Shown: in pieces, positions 1-16,026 of the stretch
How positions within the stretch are numbered: position 1 is the stretch's first letter
Layout of the letters: each line of letters opens with the position of its first letter
Program-made: the position numbers and the translations under genes
The notes under the pieces: generated by a model
The model's input: only the letters and a program-made list of their open reading frames with translations
Databases searched by the model: none
Told to the model about the DNA's origin: nothing
Assembly (NCBI RefSeq): GCF_009914755.1
Contig: NC_060928.1
Source of the DNA: the human T2T-CHM13v2.0 reference genome, Homo sapiens
Direction: 5' to 3' (one strand)
Length of the DNA stretch: 64,000 bases

Positions 1-196
1 AAATAAATTTAGTATTAGCATAAACAAATAATTTGTGAATTAGAATTTTATTCCAATTTTGTGGGTCATAGTCAGTGTTCAATCAGTGAATCAACAAAAT
101 AAATCAATAATAGATTATTAAATTTTTTTCCCTAGCTTGGTTTAGTATTATAACGAATAATTATATCATTTTCCTGGGGTAGGTATTAAGTGCAGA

Positions 197-576
<380 letters not shown>

Positions 577-737
577 TAAAACCTTTTTAAATGGGCTTAT
601 TGCCTTGCTTTAAATCCATATAGAAAAATCATATATGTATGTTCCCCAAACTCAGTTGGCTCTGTAGTGAGCATCCAAGTGTAGTTACTCAGAATAAATG
701 CAATGGCTAGGAAAATAGTCCTTTGTAAAGGATATGC

Positions 738-759
738 TAGATAGATAGATAGATAGATG

Positions 760-797
<38 letters not shown>
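738..797. repeat. Tetranucleotide STR (TAGA)5 TGGA (TAGA)9
   Basis: Read directly. Confidence 0.97.
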
Positions 798-799
<2 letters not shown>

Positions 800-1214
800 T
801 AAATAGATCTTGGCTAGTATTTATTGAGGACTGATGCTATGACAGGCACTGTCTGAAATACTTTTGATGTATTTCTTCATTTATTCTCAGAAAAAACACT
901 GTGAAGTGGTTCGATATGGATATGATGTCATAATCTTCTTTTTGAAGATAAAGAAACTAAGACTATATCATAATGTTCTTCTTGAAGATGAAGAAATGAA
1001 GACTCTGTGAGATATAGCGATTTGTTTTTGGTGGGGGCTTGGAGGAGGAGAGGCAGAGTTGTCTCTACTGTACTAGTGCTTTGGGAGGTCATTCTTGCTT
1101 AGGAATGTCTCCACTTCCTTTCCCCTCACCCCTAGCACAGCCTGAGTTTGGAGGGAGGGTAGAAGCAGGACTATAAGTAAAAATAATAACTTATTTACTT
1201 ATCAATCATCTATC

Positions 1215-1265
1215 TGTGTGTGTATGTGTATATGTATATATGTGTGTGTATGTGTGTGCGTGTGT
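1215..1265. repeat. Imperfect (TG/TA)n microsatellite
   Basis: Read directly. Confidence 0.85.
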
Positions 1266-1669
1266 AAATAGCAGGCATACCTAACTTTTCAGTAAAATTC
1301 TGTTGAGAAGAGGAATAGGTAAATGATGCTAAGGGTAAACACAGAGTCAAGAGAGAAGGTTTAGGAAAATGATAGTGTGTGAGCTAGTTATTGATATCTC
1401 TGAAGAAAAGACCATGAATACTGTAGTGCATTCTAGGAGAGCAATAGTATTATGTTATCTTATATCCTGTAAGAAAGAGCATCCTATGGAAAAGATAGAA
1501 TAATGTAGTTACTTTTATGCTCAGAATAATTCACATGTTCTTAGGTGAATTCTAGGTCCCAGAGATATTTCTGCTGATTCTGTAAACCTACCGTTTTCTC
1601 TTTAAGCGGTTAAAAAAATTTCTCCCTCTTAATCCCCCACTTCTCATTTATGTCTTCTTTTTATTTGTG

Positions 1670-2700
1670 CAAATATTATTTGAATCATTATTTCTACCCT
1701 TTTTCTTGTTTTAGGTTTGTTTTGCCCTTCTTTTACTAGGTTCTTGCAGCAGGAGCTTAAATTACTGATTTAAGATTTTTTTCTCTGTTCTAATGCATGC
1801 TTTTGGTGTATAAAATTCCATTTTCAGCACTATTTTGACTCTGCCTTGCAAATTTGATATGTTTTATTTTCTGTTTTTATTCAGTTCAATGTATTTTCAA
1901 GATTTTCCTTAAGAATGACTCCTTGAGCCATGGATTATTTATAAATATGTTGTTTCATTTCTAAGTGTTTTGAGATATGCTAACAAGGATATTGGTCTTT
2001 TTAAAATTGATCTCTTGCATGATTTCATTGTGGTTGGAAAATGTACTATGTATGGTTTCAATTCTAAATTTTTTGAGGTTTGTTTTATGGCTCTGGATAT
2101 AATCTATCTTGGTATATGTTCTGTGAGCACTTAAATAGAATGTGTTTGCTGTTGTTGGGTGGGGTTTTCTGTAAATGTTGATTAGATCCTTTTGGTTAAT
2201 GGTGTTGTTGAATTCTTTCACATTCTTGTTGTTTTTCTGTGTAGTTCCAACAATTATTGAGAAAAGAATGTTGAAATCTACAATTATAATTCTAAATTTT
2301 TCTATTTGTCCTTTCAGTTCTATCAAATTTTATTTTACATATTTTGCTGCTCTGTTTTTTGGTTCATACATTTTTATGATTGGTGTGTCTTCACATGGAT
2401 TGATCCTTTTATCGTTGTACAATGTGCCTCTCTGTCTCTGGTGATTTTCTTTGCTCTAAAGTCTATTTGATATTAATATAGCTATTCCTGTTTTCTTTTG
2501 ATTAATGTTATATGATAGGTCTTTTTCTGTTCTTTCACTTTTAACTAACTTATATTATTGTATTTCAAGTGAGTTTTTATAGACAACATATGATTGGTGG
2601 TATTTTTTAATCTACTCTGTCAATATCTTTCAATTAGGTATTTAGATTATTTACATTTAGAGTAATTATTGATATTAGGATTCAAGTCTGCTATTTTAAT
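1670..2700 (-). mobile_element. Old L1M fragment (ORF2 endonuclease region)
   Basis: Track ORF 1961..2326 (IIIVDFN..., SAHRTYTKIDYI..SHK) resembles the L1 ORF2 APE endonuclease. Confidence 0.85.
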
Positions 2701-3145
2701 GCCTTAATTAAAGCAGCCTTCAGGTGCTCCAGGGGTCTATTCATCACTACTTACAGATTTATAGGACTGTTATCTGTATTAAGTTCTATGTACAACTTGG
2801 AAATAGTAATTGGACAGAGGAAGAGGATAATAATGTTAAACACTTTTAGAATAAATTGTCTGCCATATTATTTATGAATTGGGTGACAACTTTGTCCCAA
2901 TATATTTATGTTTTAATATTGTTAAATAATGTTTTACTTTGGCCTACACAGATTTGGAAGAAATGTCTCTTAAGAAGCTAATTAAATAATTTATTGTACT
3001 CACGTTTGTTGAACATTTTCTATGTGCAAACTATTATTCCAGTGAAGGGGAGTACAATGATGAACAAGATTACTAATAAATGTAAAAATGCAAAAACTAT
3101 AAAAAATTAATTTTGTTTTATATGCTTTATACTATATTGCATTTT

Positions 3146-3522
3146 ATATTAGCTTCCTAGGGCTTCCATAACAAAGTACATGGACTGAGTGGCTTTAACA
3201 ACAGAAATTTATTTTCTCACAGTTCTAGAGGATAGAAGTCTGAAGTTAAAGTGTTAGCAGGTTTGGTTTTGTTCTAAGGCTTCTCTCCTTGGCTTTTAGA
3301 TAGTCTTTTCCCTGTATTTTCACATGATCTTTCCTCTGCACATATGTGTGTCCTAGTTTCCTCCTCTTTTAAGGACAACAGTCATATTGGATTATGGCTT
3401 ACCCTAATAACCATATTTTAACTTACTTCTATTTACTTATCTTCAAATAAAGTTACATTCTGAGGTACTAGGAATTAGGATTTCAATATAAGAATTTGAG
3501 AAAACACAATTCAGCCCATAAA
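3146..3522 (-). mobile_element. MLT1-type MaLR solo LTR
   Basis: tattagcttcctagggcttccataacaaagtac...ctcacagttctagagg...cacaattcagcccata. Confidence 0.85.
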
Positions 3523-6327
3523 AATATTTTTATATTTTATTTATATATTTTATATTAATATAATAAAACACATTTTAATATTTTATATACTAAATACCCA
3601 TCTGTAATACTTTGTATATGCTTATATGTATGTATGTGTGTGTATGTTTCTAATATATAAAGAAAAATCAACATACATTGAAATGACTGTACTAATTATT
3701 AATTTGAGAGACCTATATTAATGCCTATATTATTTTTACCTGCAAACAATCAAATATTTACCAGAAAATTTGTTTTTTTAGTTTTCTAGCAATCAGTGTC
3801 TGACCAGATGATATTCTCTGAACAGATAGTATTAACTAGATCTCCAATGCAGGTAAAGTCTTATTTTTTTGGGAAACTTAATTTTACTTAAAAAGCACTC
3901 CCAACATTGTAAAGTATTTTGTTCAAATTATGTTTGCACATTGTGTGTAAAAATTAATGTCTCAATATTTCTATGGATACTTATACCCATGAAATGTTTT
4001 GTCCATTGAAAAAAACCTAAAAAAATCTCACTATGTAAGAACTTAGAGGAAGGTACTTTTTCAATCTGATCAACTCACTATTGAGTCTAGGATAGCGCTT
4101 AAAATTTTTGGAAAAAATATTGACTAAATGACATTGTAAACCTATTAAATCAATTTCTTAGGGGTGGGTATGTGCTGTAAAACATCCTCCTCTATACTGA
4201 TTGGTATATATTTCCATAGTTTCCTCAACGCAGCTTGCCATGGGATAAGCCGCAATGATAGGGTAATAAATAAGTGTGAGATTTTATGTGGCAAGTATTT
4301 GGGTTATATTTTTCTATTCTTTTTAACTGTGTCCTTCTACTAGATTGAACTATTTAAAAATTGCTGCTTTTGTAGATGAAAAATTGAATAATGATAAATT
4401 TATCATAATTCAATCTATAGATACACAAATATCCTTCATTTATTTTTTCACCTTTGGTTTTGTGTACAAGACAATATAAAAGTGATTCTTGTGTGCAATA
4501 ATTTGTCTAAGAGAGAGCATCATTTGTCTTCAAACTCCCATCGAACATAAATGTCCTGGAGTAAGAGACTCATAGCCTTTGAGAGCTGGAAGAAACTATG
4601 CTAATCACCCATTCCAGTTTTCTAATTTTAAATAAGGGAAACTATGGGACAGTATTTTCACTTTAGGACATTTCAAATCTAGAGAAGATTAGCATTTAAG
4701 GTAGAAATTTCTCCTTTAGTTATTATCAGCATATTTAAAGTTGGGATTAGAGTTGGGATTAAAGTTCTTCTTTCCTGATCTCCAGAAGGAAAATTAAACC
4801 ATACAGTCATTTTAATTTGCAACTCTCACTTATCTTACAGCCCAAATCTAAGATCACTACAGTGACCTATCTATCTTGACTCGAATATGTGAAATTATAG
4901 TTAATGAAAAAAAATTAATTTTAAAGGTTGGTGAACTAAGTGTTTATTTCTGTCATTTTAGTCTGCATTTCTAAGATTCAGATGTTCTGCCTACTTGCAA
5001 AAGGTTTCATTGAGAAAGTAGTTATCCAGCATGTGTACATGTGTGTGTATATATACATAGATTCAATACTTATGTATACACATACACAAAATACATGTAC
5101 ACACAATACAAAATACATATAAAATTTATGTATACACACAGGAAAATTAGACTTTGTCAACATCCAGATTTTGTTTCTTTAAAGCATTCTCTAAAAACAA
5201 TGTAATACAATAAATTATATTTTTCCAAAGTATTATTATTATGTGGAATGTTGGTTGAAAAATAGACTACCTATCATTCAACACAAATTGAGTCTTGGGT
5301 GGAAGTTAAAGTGAGGAATAAAAATCCTGCTTTGATTTTAGCAACATGCCTTAATTTTCCATATGTGTTTTATTTATTCACCAAGTATACTCTGAAGCCA
5401 TTCAGATATAATAATAATACAGTGCTAATGATATAAAGGATTATTTAGATATTTCAGAAACTGTGAGTTGTACTTAAAATATTTATTATTCATTCCTTGA
5501 AAGGATGAAACCAGGGTCTGTCTACACACTCTTTCTCATACATAGTTTATGAAGCAGACGGAGCTGAGCAAGTTGACATGAAAGACATAGAACATACTAC
5601 TTAGAAGCCAAGATGAAATATTTTAGCTAGTTTTGTTAATTAAATAAAAAATATTTTAACTTAATTCGATGGGAAATATTTCAAAGTTTCTCTTACAGCT
5701 AATTAAGCTAAGTATTAATGTGAATGTGTAAAGTGACTGATTTTTAAAGCTATCAGGAAATTACACTCTGCCAAATATTATACTGCAGCTAGAATCTAGA
5801 TGATGGCAGGATATGAAAACCAAAAAACTGTCTAAAAATTTTATTAAAAATATGAGTCAGTCTCAATCGGTTTATCAAGGCATACATTTTGTTGGAGTGC
5901 CAGAAAAGACCATAATGTGTATGTGAACATTTGTCTTTGTGTTAAATTAATTAGCTTTAGAATAAAAATGTAAAAATTATTTGCCCACCTGTGTGTGCCA
6001 TAGAACCAATCAGCAATTTGTTTGACTTTCAGGCCAATTGCGATTTAAGCATTAGGCATTGCTAATGGGAAGGAACTAAATACTCTCTAATTGTTGCTAT
6101 TCTTGTTTCCAACCACAATGTTAAATCATACCACTAACAATGTATAGAAATGAAGCACTGCAGTGCTCCAATAATTAAAAATTAAGACCTAAATTCTGGC
6201 TCACCACTTTCTATAGGTAAAATAGAATAGTGCAAACATATCTATGAGTGTCTCTATATCAACATACATCATTAGAAATAGATATCTTGTGTCCTCTTGA
6301 TTTTCATAGTATGATTATCTCTTTAAA

Positions 6328-7165
6328 AATAAAGGACATGAACAGATACTTTTCAAAAGAAGACATACTTATGACCAACAAGCATATGAAAAAAAGTTCA
6401 ATGTCACTGATCATCAGATAAATACAATCAAAACAACAATGAGATACCATCTCACACTAGTCAGAATGGCTATTATTAAAAAGCAAACAAGTAACAGATG
6501 CTAGTGAGGTTGTGAAGAAAAAGGAATGCTTATACACTGTTGGTGGGAGTGTGAATTAGTTCACTCATTGCGGAAAGCAGTGTAGCAATTCTTTAAAGAG
6601 CTAAAAGCAGGACTACCATTGGACCCAGCAACCCCATTACTGGGTATATACCTAGAGAAATATAAATCATTCTACCACAAAGACACATGCACGCAAATGT
6701 TTATTGCAGCACTCACAATAGCAAAGACATGGAATCAACATAAATGCTCAGCAATGACAGATTGCATAAAGAAAATGTGGTACATATACACCATGGAATA
6801 CTATGCAGCCATAAAAAGAATGATATCATGTATTTTGCAGGGACATAGATGGAGCTGGAGACCATTATCGTTAGCAAACTAACACAGGAACAAAAAAACA
6901 AATATAACATGGTCTGACTTATAAGTGGAAGCTAAATGATGAGAACTCATGAACACAAAGAAGAGAACAACAGACTCTGGGGTCCACTCAAGGGTGGAGG
7001 GTGGGAGGAGGAAGAGGAGCAGATAAGATAACTATTGTGTATTGGGCTTAATATGTGGGTGATGAAATAACACGTACAACAAACCCCGTGACATGAGTTC
7101 ACCCATGTAACAAACCTTCACATGTATCACTGAACCTAAAATAAAAGCACAAAAATAATAAAAAA
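6328..7165 (+). mobile_element. L1PA/PB 3' end (ORF2 C-terminus, 3' UTR, A tail)
   Basis: aaaggacatgaacagatacttttcaaaagaagacat...; ORF 6619..6882 DPATPLLGIY...; ends aacctaaaataaaag. Confidence 0.93.
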
Positions 7166-7942
7166 GAAATCTCTTAAACATCTTGAAGTTTCAGCAGGTA
7201 CATACACACTTTACATGAATGCTCTAATTGTGATTGAAAGATTACTCACAAAAATGAATCAGCCAAACAGACACTAATAATTAAAATTTATCTTAATTAC
7301 TTTTGTTTTTCTTTTATTTAGGATTTATAGTGCTTCTGTTTCCACAAAAATATTAAGCAAGCAACTCATTTTCAAGAACTTTAAAACACAAATTAAGTTA
7401 TTTTTACAAATTTGGTCCTTTTAGAAAATTAACCTGAGAAGTAATGGCAAGCCCTCCTGCTATCACCCCCCTTGAGCCCACCTGTCCTACAGAGGTGTCC
7501 ATGCCAGCTGACTCCACCAAGACTGACCCTCTGCCATCCTCTCCTGAGTGCTGAGTAAGAAGGTCATTCTCTACTTATTTAGTTTATGAGGTTCTGTGAC
7601 TTTTGTGTTGTTTGTAATAATGACATAATAATACTTAGCACTTATACAACTTTTCATCTTCAAAGTGTTTTCTGAACATTTACTAATTAATTTTACATTA
7701 GTAAAACATGAGCTGTGTATATGTCACTCCATAAATAATAAATAATCATATGACCCAAGTGGAGGTAGAATTTAAAACTCAGTGTGAATGAGGAAACCAC
7801 AGGGCTACCTGGTTTGAGAAGGACAGTGAGCCTTAACTCAGTTTCACATTTTTGTGAATTTGGAGACAAACGGCTGCTCTTCTCACTCCCTAGAATCCAC
7901 TTCCAAAAATTATGGCAATTTTTTTTTGCTCCTATTTGATGA

Positions 7943-8253
<311 letters not shown>

Positions 8254-8861
8254 TAACCAGTAATTTCCCAAAGTTTTGGACGGCATTCTGGTTTTTAGCA
8301 GCCAATTTTGATACTGCTGTAGAGACTAGATAGGTCATGCCTTAATGTTTAGCTACCTGGAAGGGAAAGAATTTGCTAGACGTCAGAGGCAGCAGTAAAG
8401 GAGAATTCAGTTATGCTAGGAGAAGAAGATTCTTGGGTAATAGTCTTTGTTAAAGAAACTCAAACTCAGTATATGATCAAGTAGAATCATTGTCCTACCT
8501 CCCTCCTTCCAAAAACATTTACAGGGGAAGATAATCAGGGAAGCCATATTTGCATTAGGATGAAAAGAACCATAATGTCAGTTCTTATATCAGTTATTAA
8601 TAGGATCTTGATCAGATCATCTACATTTAAGAAGTCTACATTAATTGTATATATTTGAGCATTCCAGACACTATCCTTGGCATGTGTGCAAAATTCCAGT
8701 ATATTATTCCCACTCTCTTTGTCTATGTAAATCCTGCTAATCCTTCGAGGTTAGCTCAATCCTACTTTCTCCATGTGGGCCTCTCAAAACATATTGCTTT
8801 ATCATCTGAAGCTCATAAACTCATGGTATCTTGCAGCAAAATGTACACAGGACTTGGAGTG

Positions 8862-9039
8862 TATTAGACTAGGGAACAGGTGATAAGCTTCCCTAATTAT
8901 TGTCCTAGAATGATTTTTGGGGATCAATGATCTTGCCACAGATTACCTTCTTCCTTCATTGACCAAAAAATATATATTGCATACCTGCTATGGCATTGAT
9001 ACTATGTTAGTTATAGAATTAGAAATAATACTCTAAGGT
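8862..9039 (+). repeat. Local dispersed duplication, copy 1
   Basis: Aligns by eye with 10563-10736 plus 11060-11062; shared core cttcttccttcattgaccaaaaaatatatattgc. Confidence 0.9.
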
Positions 9040-9760
9040 GATTACAATCTTATGATGAAAGCAATCAAATAAACTAGAAATTGAAACACATCAAAATAAA
9101 CACTAGACAGAGCATATGTGGAGCACTATATGAACATAGAAGTGAAATCTAATCCCATTGTTCTGGGAGGGAGTGAGGAAAGAATACTCAGAACATGTCA
9201 TATCTAACCCAACACCTAAAGGGATGCATAGAAATGTAATATTTAGACAGGTGAAGGTAATGAGTCAGCCTGGTAAAAATAAAGGGAGAACTGCAATTTG
9301 GGGTGACTGAAAATTACCCCAAGGTAACGAGCAAGTTGTAGAGGGTGCAGGAGTTTGTGCGTGTGTGTATTTGTGTGTGTGTGTATGTGTGTGTGTGTTT
9401 AGTGGATGGCAGTGGTGGAAGATGTTGACAGGAGGGAGGGTGATGGAAATCAGAAGTATCCAGATTCTGTAAGGCATGCTAGGCTACTTAGGGAGTTTGG
9501 ACTTGATTTCAGAGCAATACAGTGCCAGCGAAGAGTATAAATATGATTAGATTGACATTTAATTAAAATAACTCTGGCTTGCTAATTGGAAATGCGATTG
9601 GAAAATGAAAAAACTGGAGTTGAAAGGGAACAGCTAGACAATCATTCAGGTGCTAGTGCTTTGAACTAAGATAGTGAAATGGAGATATCTGGACTTCATT
9701 GGATTTAATGATTAATTGGATATGGGGAATGAGGGAGTGGAGGAATCAAGAGCAACACTG
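8950..9760 (-). mobile_element. L2 fragments
   Basis: Degenerate purine-rich L2-like sequence (ttcattgaccaaaaaatatatattg..., aataactctggct, ggatatggggaatgaggga). Confidence 0.6.
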
Positions 9761-10191
9761 ATGAATTATTTCACGAAAGTATTGTTTTGACAGAGTTATC
9801 TATGGCATCCTGGTGAATGACATAGCAAACAATAAGCTGCATGATAATGCCTTGGTCAGTGACCAGCTTGCTAAACAACTCTATCCAAGTAATGTTGATC
9901 AGTAATTGGATATGAGTCCTAGTGAAATTACTTAGTACACACTTTGTTTTGGCTTTGCTTTATTCAATATTTTAATCAAAATTTAGGAAAGATAAAAACA
10001 TTTAGGTAGGAGTAACTAATATGATAATATACCAGGTTGAGACTAAAAGGAGACATAATACCTGAGATAAAATATTTGAGACACCACTATGTTGACCTAT
10101 TTTGTGGGGTTTGCCTTTTATAGAAAACAAAACAAGTGTTCAGAATAACATTTTGAAATGTTCTATGTTGTGTTTTTTTCATTTCTGGTAA

Positions 10192-10736
<545 letters not shown>

Positions 10737-10737
10737 A

Positions 10738-11043
10738 GGCCAGGCACAGTGGCTCATGCCTGTAATCCCAGAAATTTGGGATTTCTGCTGAGGTGGGCAG
10801 ATCACTTGAGGTCAGGAGTTCGAGACCAGCCTGGCCAACATGGTGAACCCCATTTCTACTAGAAATACAAAAATTAGCTGGGCGTTGTGGTGGGTGCCTG
10901 TAATCCCAGCTATTCAGGAGGCCGGGGCAGGAGAATCACTTGAACCCGAGGGGGAAGTTGCAGTGAGCTGAGATCACCCCATTGCACTCCAGCCTGGGTG
11001 ACAAAACGAGACTCTGACTCAAAAAAAAAAAAAAAAGAAAGAA
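10738..11043 (+). mobile_element. AluS with 16-bp TSD agaaataatactctaa
   Basis: TSD at 10721-10736 and 11044-11059. Confidence 0.96.
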
Positions 11044-12434
11044 AGAAATAATACTCTAAGGTATTAAGGGGAACACTTAATACCTTAATACATTACCCTT
11101 AATACATTAAAGATAAGAAGGGAACACTCTTCCCCTCACTTCGTGTTGTAGTTATAGCATTGAGTTCATTGCCATTGGGTAAGGCTTGTCATAGCAGACA
11201 ATTTTAAATAGGCTTTTTAAGCCTATGGCAGAATCAATATCTTAAAAGAAAAATTTGTTTATTTTTAGTCAAAAGAGGCTGCTGTTCTAATTATCAAAAA
11301 CAGCTTCTACACAGGGGTATTCAAGGCTATTGAAAATGTTCTGTTTCTTATATGCATTTCTGCTGCTTTGAAAAATTTTTCTCTTATATACATATCAATA
11401 TAATATGCTTTTTGTATATGCATTATTTCACTACATATGAAATGTATATACTCTTATTTTAAGCTAAAACCCAACCTATACTATAGAATTGAAAAATACT
11501 TTCTTGTTCAGAGCCATTTTTCTCCTCATCTGACCAGACTAGATACATTTTCATGGACTGGAAGAGGGAGTAGAATGTCGGAAAGGAAAGCACTAGAGTG
11601 AGAAAAAGTCAATGACCTTTAACCCTTCCCATGCTTCTTCCCTAACTCAGAGTTAGTGCTGGAGAGTAGAGACAATAAAACTCAGTAAACATGAAGGGAA
11701 ATGAAAGTAGAGAGGGCTTATGTCCCCCTTCACATTTGGAGCTGAAAAGTGACAAACTTGCAGAGTTCCTTGTACACCAATGGTGCTTAAGTCTTTGACT
11801 AGAGAGAGCCTCTAAGAGTATTGAGGCAGAGAGAACCCGAAATAGCCTTGTTGAGTTTGATGGTGATTGAGAGTAGTAGGGGTTAGTAGACCATGTGTTA
11901 TATTCCTCTAAATAAGTTCAAGAGAAAGCTGGCAGACCAGTTGGGAGAATGTGCAGTGGTTAACAATATGATCTCTGAGTGAGAGACACGATGAGAACTC
12001 AGACTTCTGAGAGGATAGGTATGGAGGGTTGATCATGTCTGAAGACAAGACCAGACAGCACAATGTACATCTCAGGGGATGACAGTGCGAGCAGATGATG
12101 ACTGAAGATCAGCCCCTCAGCCTAGTGCATTGGCAATGTATAAAGTGGGTCACTTGGAACTTAGAGAAGGATAAGGGATATGGAACTTAACTGAGAAAAC
12201 CTCATACTGTCTAAGAAAACCCTGAATTGGCAAAATCTACCAAGAATAGAGTGTATATTTGCTGTCCTTAGGCAGAAAGGAGGCTTGAGAGATGTAATTT
12301 AAAAAGTTACTTTCTGGGGGGCTTGAGTTTACAGCAAGAAAATATGCCAGATGGAATAGAAAGTTTGATATAAGCTTAAAAAGAAGCAGCTTTTAAAGAT
12401 CATATTCATTTTTTGTTTAAGAAAAGGGGCTTTT

Positions 12435-12740
<306 letters not shown>

Positions 12741-15700
12741 GAAAAGAGGCTTTCATAAAAGTTTTAGTTTTTAAGCAATGAGATGTTTAGAAGTATTAAA
12801 AAAAAATAGGAAGGTATCTTTAAGATATTCTATGGAAGAAGAATGCCATAGAAAGTTGTTTAAGGAAGTTATAATTCCCTAATATGTGTTTGAAAGTATC
12901 TTCTCTATACACCTAACATTTGTGATGATGTATCTTAGAACATTTTCAAAAATAAAAATAAAATATATATTTTTGTTGTTCATTTCTTCTTTTCCTTCTT
13001 ATTACAATTTTTATGTCCACTTTAAAAGCTACCAGTAAAGTCAACCAACCAACCACTGGATTGAAATTTAGAAGGTTAAAAACCTATTTTCTATAGTATT
13101 ATTATTTATTTATGTTTTTGTGAATTGACTGGTACATGTTTATTGAAAGGAAACAGAAGTGGCAAAGTCTTCTGAATTCATTACTGCTACTAAAGAACAT
13201 TCACAAAGTGACAATAAGCTCTGAACAGACCAACTTTAAAGTTTTATCCAATACACTGGAAAGCATGGACAGGAAGAATACCTCATCAATATCCCTTTCT
13301 TCAGATATGTTGTCAGGACAACATGAAATAATGAAAAAACTATTTTTAAATGAATATTAACTGATGTATTGACATATAATCTAAAAAACAATTTTGATAA
13401 TTATAATGAAGCAGCAGGGAATGAATGTGAACATATATGAATATAAAGTGAATAAGGCAGAATGCAAATTTTTTTATGATTATAAACCAAGTAAAATTAT
13501 GTACATATTTATATGGGAACTGAAAGAGAATATGGAAAAGGAAAATTGCTGTGATTGATTGTTGGCAGTCATCAATTTTTTTTTAAGTTTTAAATTCCTT
13601 TCCATTATTATAAGGTTATTTACCCAACACTATCTTTTGAAATGAAGGAGCATTTTTAAAAATGTTGGCTTATTCATTTATAATCACTTTTGAACATTTC
13701 AGGTGAAATTTAAAAATAAATCTCTTTTAAAAGTAAGTATAAGATACATTTGCTTTCCCATCTAACTTTCAAATAGAACACTTTTTATAAAGAGAAAATT
13801 TGTTAGCAGTGAGGAAGCTACACAGAATAGAACATAAATATATTTCAATTTTAGAAGGCCCTTAGAAAAGAAGAAAATTTATCAGTTTTTAAGCATAAGT
13901 AAGCCATTTGAAAAGAAACATGATATGCAAAATTTTAAATTAAAATACCAATAAAGCTAATTTAAGAGTTAATTCTGGAATATATGCAATTCATAATTTG
14001 AGAAACAGTACTTTGGGTTTTGTTAACAAATATATATGTGTATACTCATTGTTGATAGTTCATATTTTAACTATTTTTATAAAAGTTACCTAACACGTAA
14101 AAAATAGTATTAGTCCAATTCTCTAGTTATTCCTACCTGAGAGTGCTTTCCTTGATTTTTTTAAGTGAATGTGTGACATTGTTGTGTTTCTATGAATACA
14201 TATAATTCCTTTAAGTTCCATAATTAAAAGTACTATTGGGGGGCGGGGCCAAGATGGCCCACTAGAAGTAGTGGGGATCGGAGGTTCTTAGCAAAAAGAA
14301 CCCTAACAGTGTGTGCATCCTGCACCGGCAGCCGAGGTATCCAGGTTCTGTCATCAGAACTGACTAGGAGGCTGGCATGACCTATGGAGAGAAAGGAAGA
14401 GCATTTTGGTGTGGTGGCCCACCCGAGAGCCACACACGGGGCAGGGGAGCCCCCACCCTCCAGCCAAAGGAGATGGTGAGTGAGTGTTCTACCTAGCCTG
14501 AGAAACTGTGTTTTTTCCATGGAACTGTGCAACCCACGGATTGGAAGATCCTACTCATAAGCCCACACCCACGGGGGCCTAGGGTCCTAACCACGGAGCC
14601 ATGCAAATTCTCAACAGCCACTCAGAATCTGCTTAAGCCTGCGGAGCTCTAGAGGGGTGGCCAGCCTCTCAGCTGCTATTGCCTGCTGTCTAAGCCGTTT
14701 GAACTCCCTGGGGGAGGGGTGGTAGCCAACACTGGGATTGCTAGCTGCCTATCACACTAAGCTCCCAGGGCAAGGGAAGGGCAGTAACCATCTCTATAGC
14801 TCCAGGCTGCACTTTACCCCTGCTGGAGCCAGGGCGGCTGGACGGCTTGGTTCTAAGCGGTATCCTCCACAGCTCAAAACACTGGCTGTGGCAGACTGCA
14901 GTCTGCCTCTTCAGGCCTGACTCTGACCCATCCCTCTTCACTGGGCGGGGCCTCCCTGCATGAACTCCAACAACTCCAGCCAGGGGCTCGAGCTGGACTC
15001 TGATCTCGCTGGACCAGAACCCTTAGAGGTAGGGTGGCTGCAGTCTCTCCAGACCAGCAGACTTAGTCTTTCCTCCTGCTAGTCCTGAGGAATCTGTGTA
15101 GCCCAGACGAGCGGGTTTCCACCTAGCAAATCACAACCCCTCCACCAAGGAACAAAGTGCTTCATTAAATGGGTCCTACTACCCATGCCACCCAACTGGG
15201 TGAGACCCTGTAACAGGGGCTGTCAGACATCCTATATAGGAATGTTCTTACTGGCATCAGGTCAGTGCCCCTCAAGGTCAGAGATCCCAGGGGCAGGAGT
15301 AGGCACCCATCTTTGCTGTTTTCTAGCCCCCTTGAGTGACATCTCCAGGTGCAGGAGTGAAGCAACCAGATGAATAGGGCCTGAAGTGAATCCCCAGCAA
15401 ACTGCAGCAGCCTTGCAGAAGAGGGAACTGACCATTGAGAGAAAAACAAACAAACAGAAAGCAACAGCAACATCATCTACAGAAAAGTCCTCACAAAAAC
15501 CTCATCCAAGGGTCAGCAGCCGCAAGGATCAAAACCAGACAAACCCATGAAGATAAGAAAGAATCAACAAAGAAACCCTGAAAACCCAAAAGGCTAAAGT
15601 GCCTCTTCTCCTCCAAATGATTGCAATGCAAGGGCACAGAACTGGGCAGAGGATGAGATGGACGAATTGACAGAGGTAGGCTTCAGAAGGTGGGTAATAA

Positions 15701-16026
15701 CAAACTCCACTGAGCTAAAGGTGCATGTTCTAACCCAATGCAAAGAAGCTAAGAAACTTGATAAAGGATTACAGGAGCTGCTAACTAGTATAACCAGTTT
15801 AAGGAGGAACACAAATGACCTGATGGAGCTGAAAAACACAGCACAAGAGCTTCGTGAAGTATACACAAGTATCAATAGCTGAATTGACCAAGTGGAAGAA
15901 AGGATATCAAAGCTTGAAGACCATCCTGGTGAAATAGGGCATGCAGACAAGATTAGAGGAAAAAGAATGAAAAGGAATAAACAAAACCTCCAGAAATATG
16001 GTCTATGTAAGAAGACTGAACCTACA

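Noticed and set aside
11470-12290. Purine-rich segment that may be an ancient LTR
   Set aside because: No terminal motifs, TSD or family could be assigned by eye.
13136-13360. 74-aa ORF and a short opposite-strand open stretch ending near AATAAA
   Set aside because: No recognisable homology, no poly-A tail or TSD to support a processed pseudogene.
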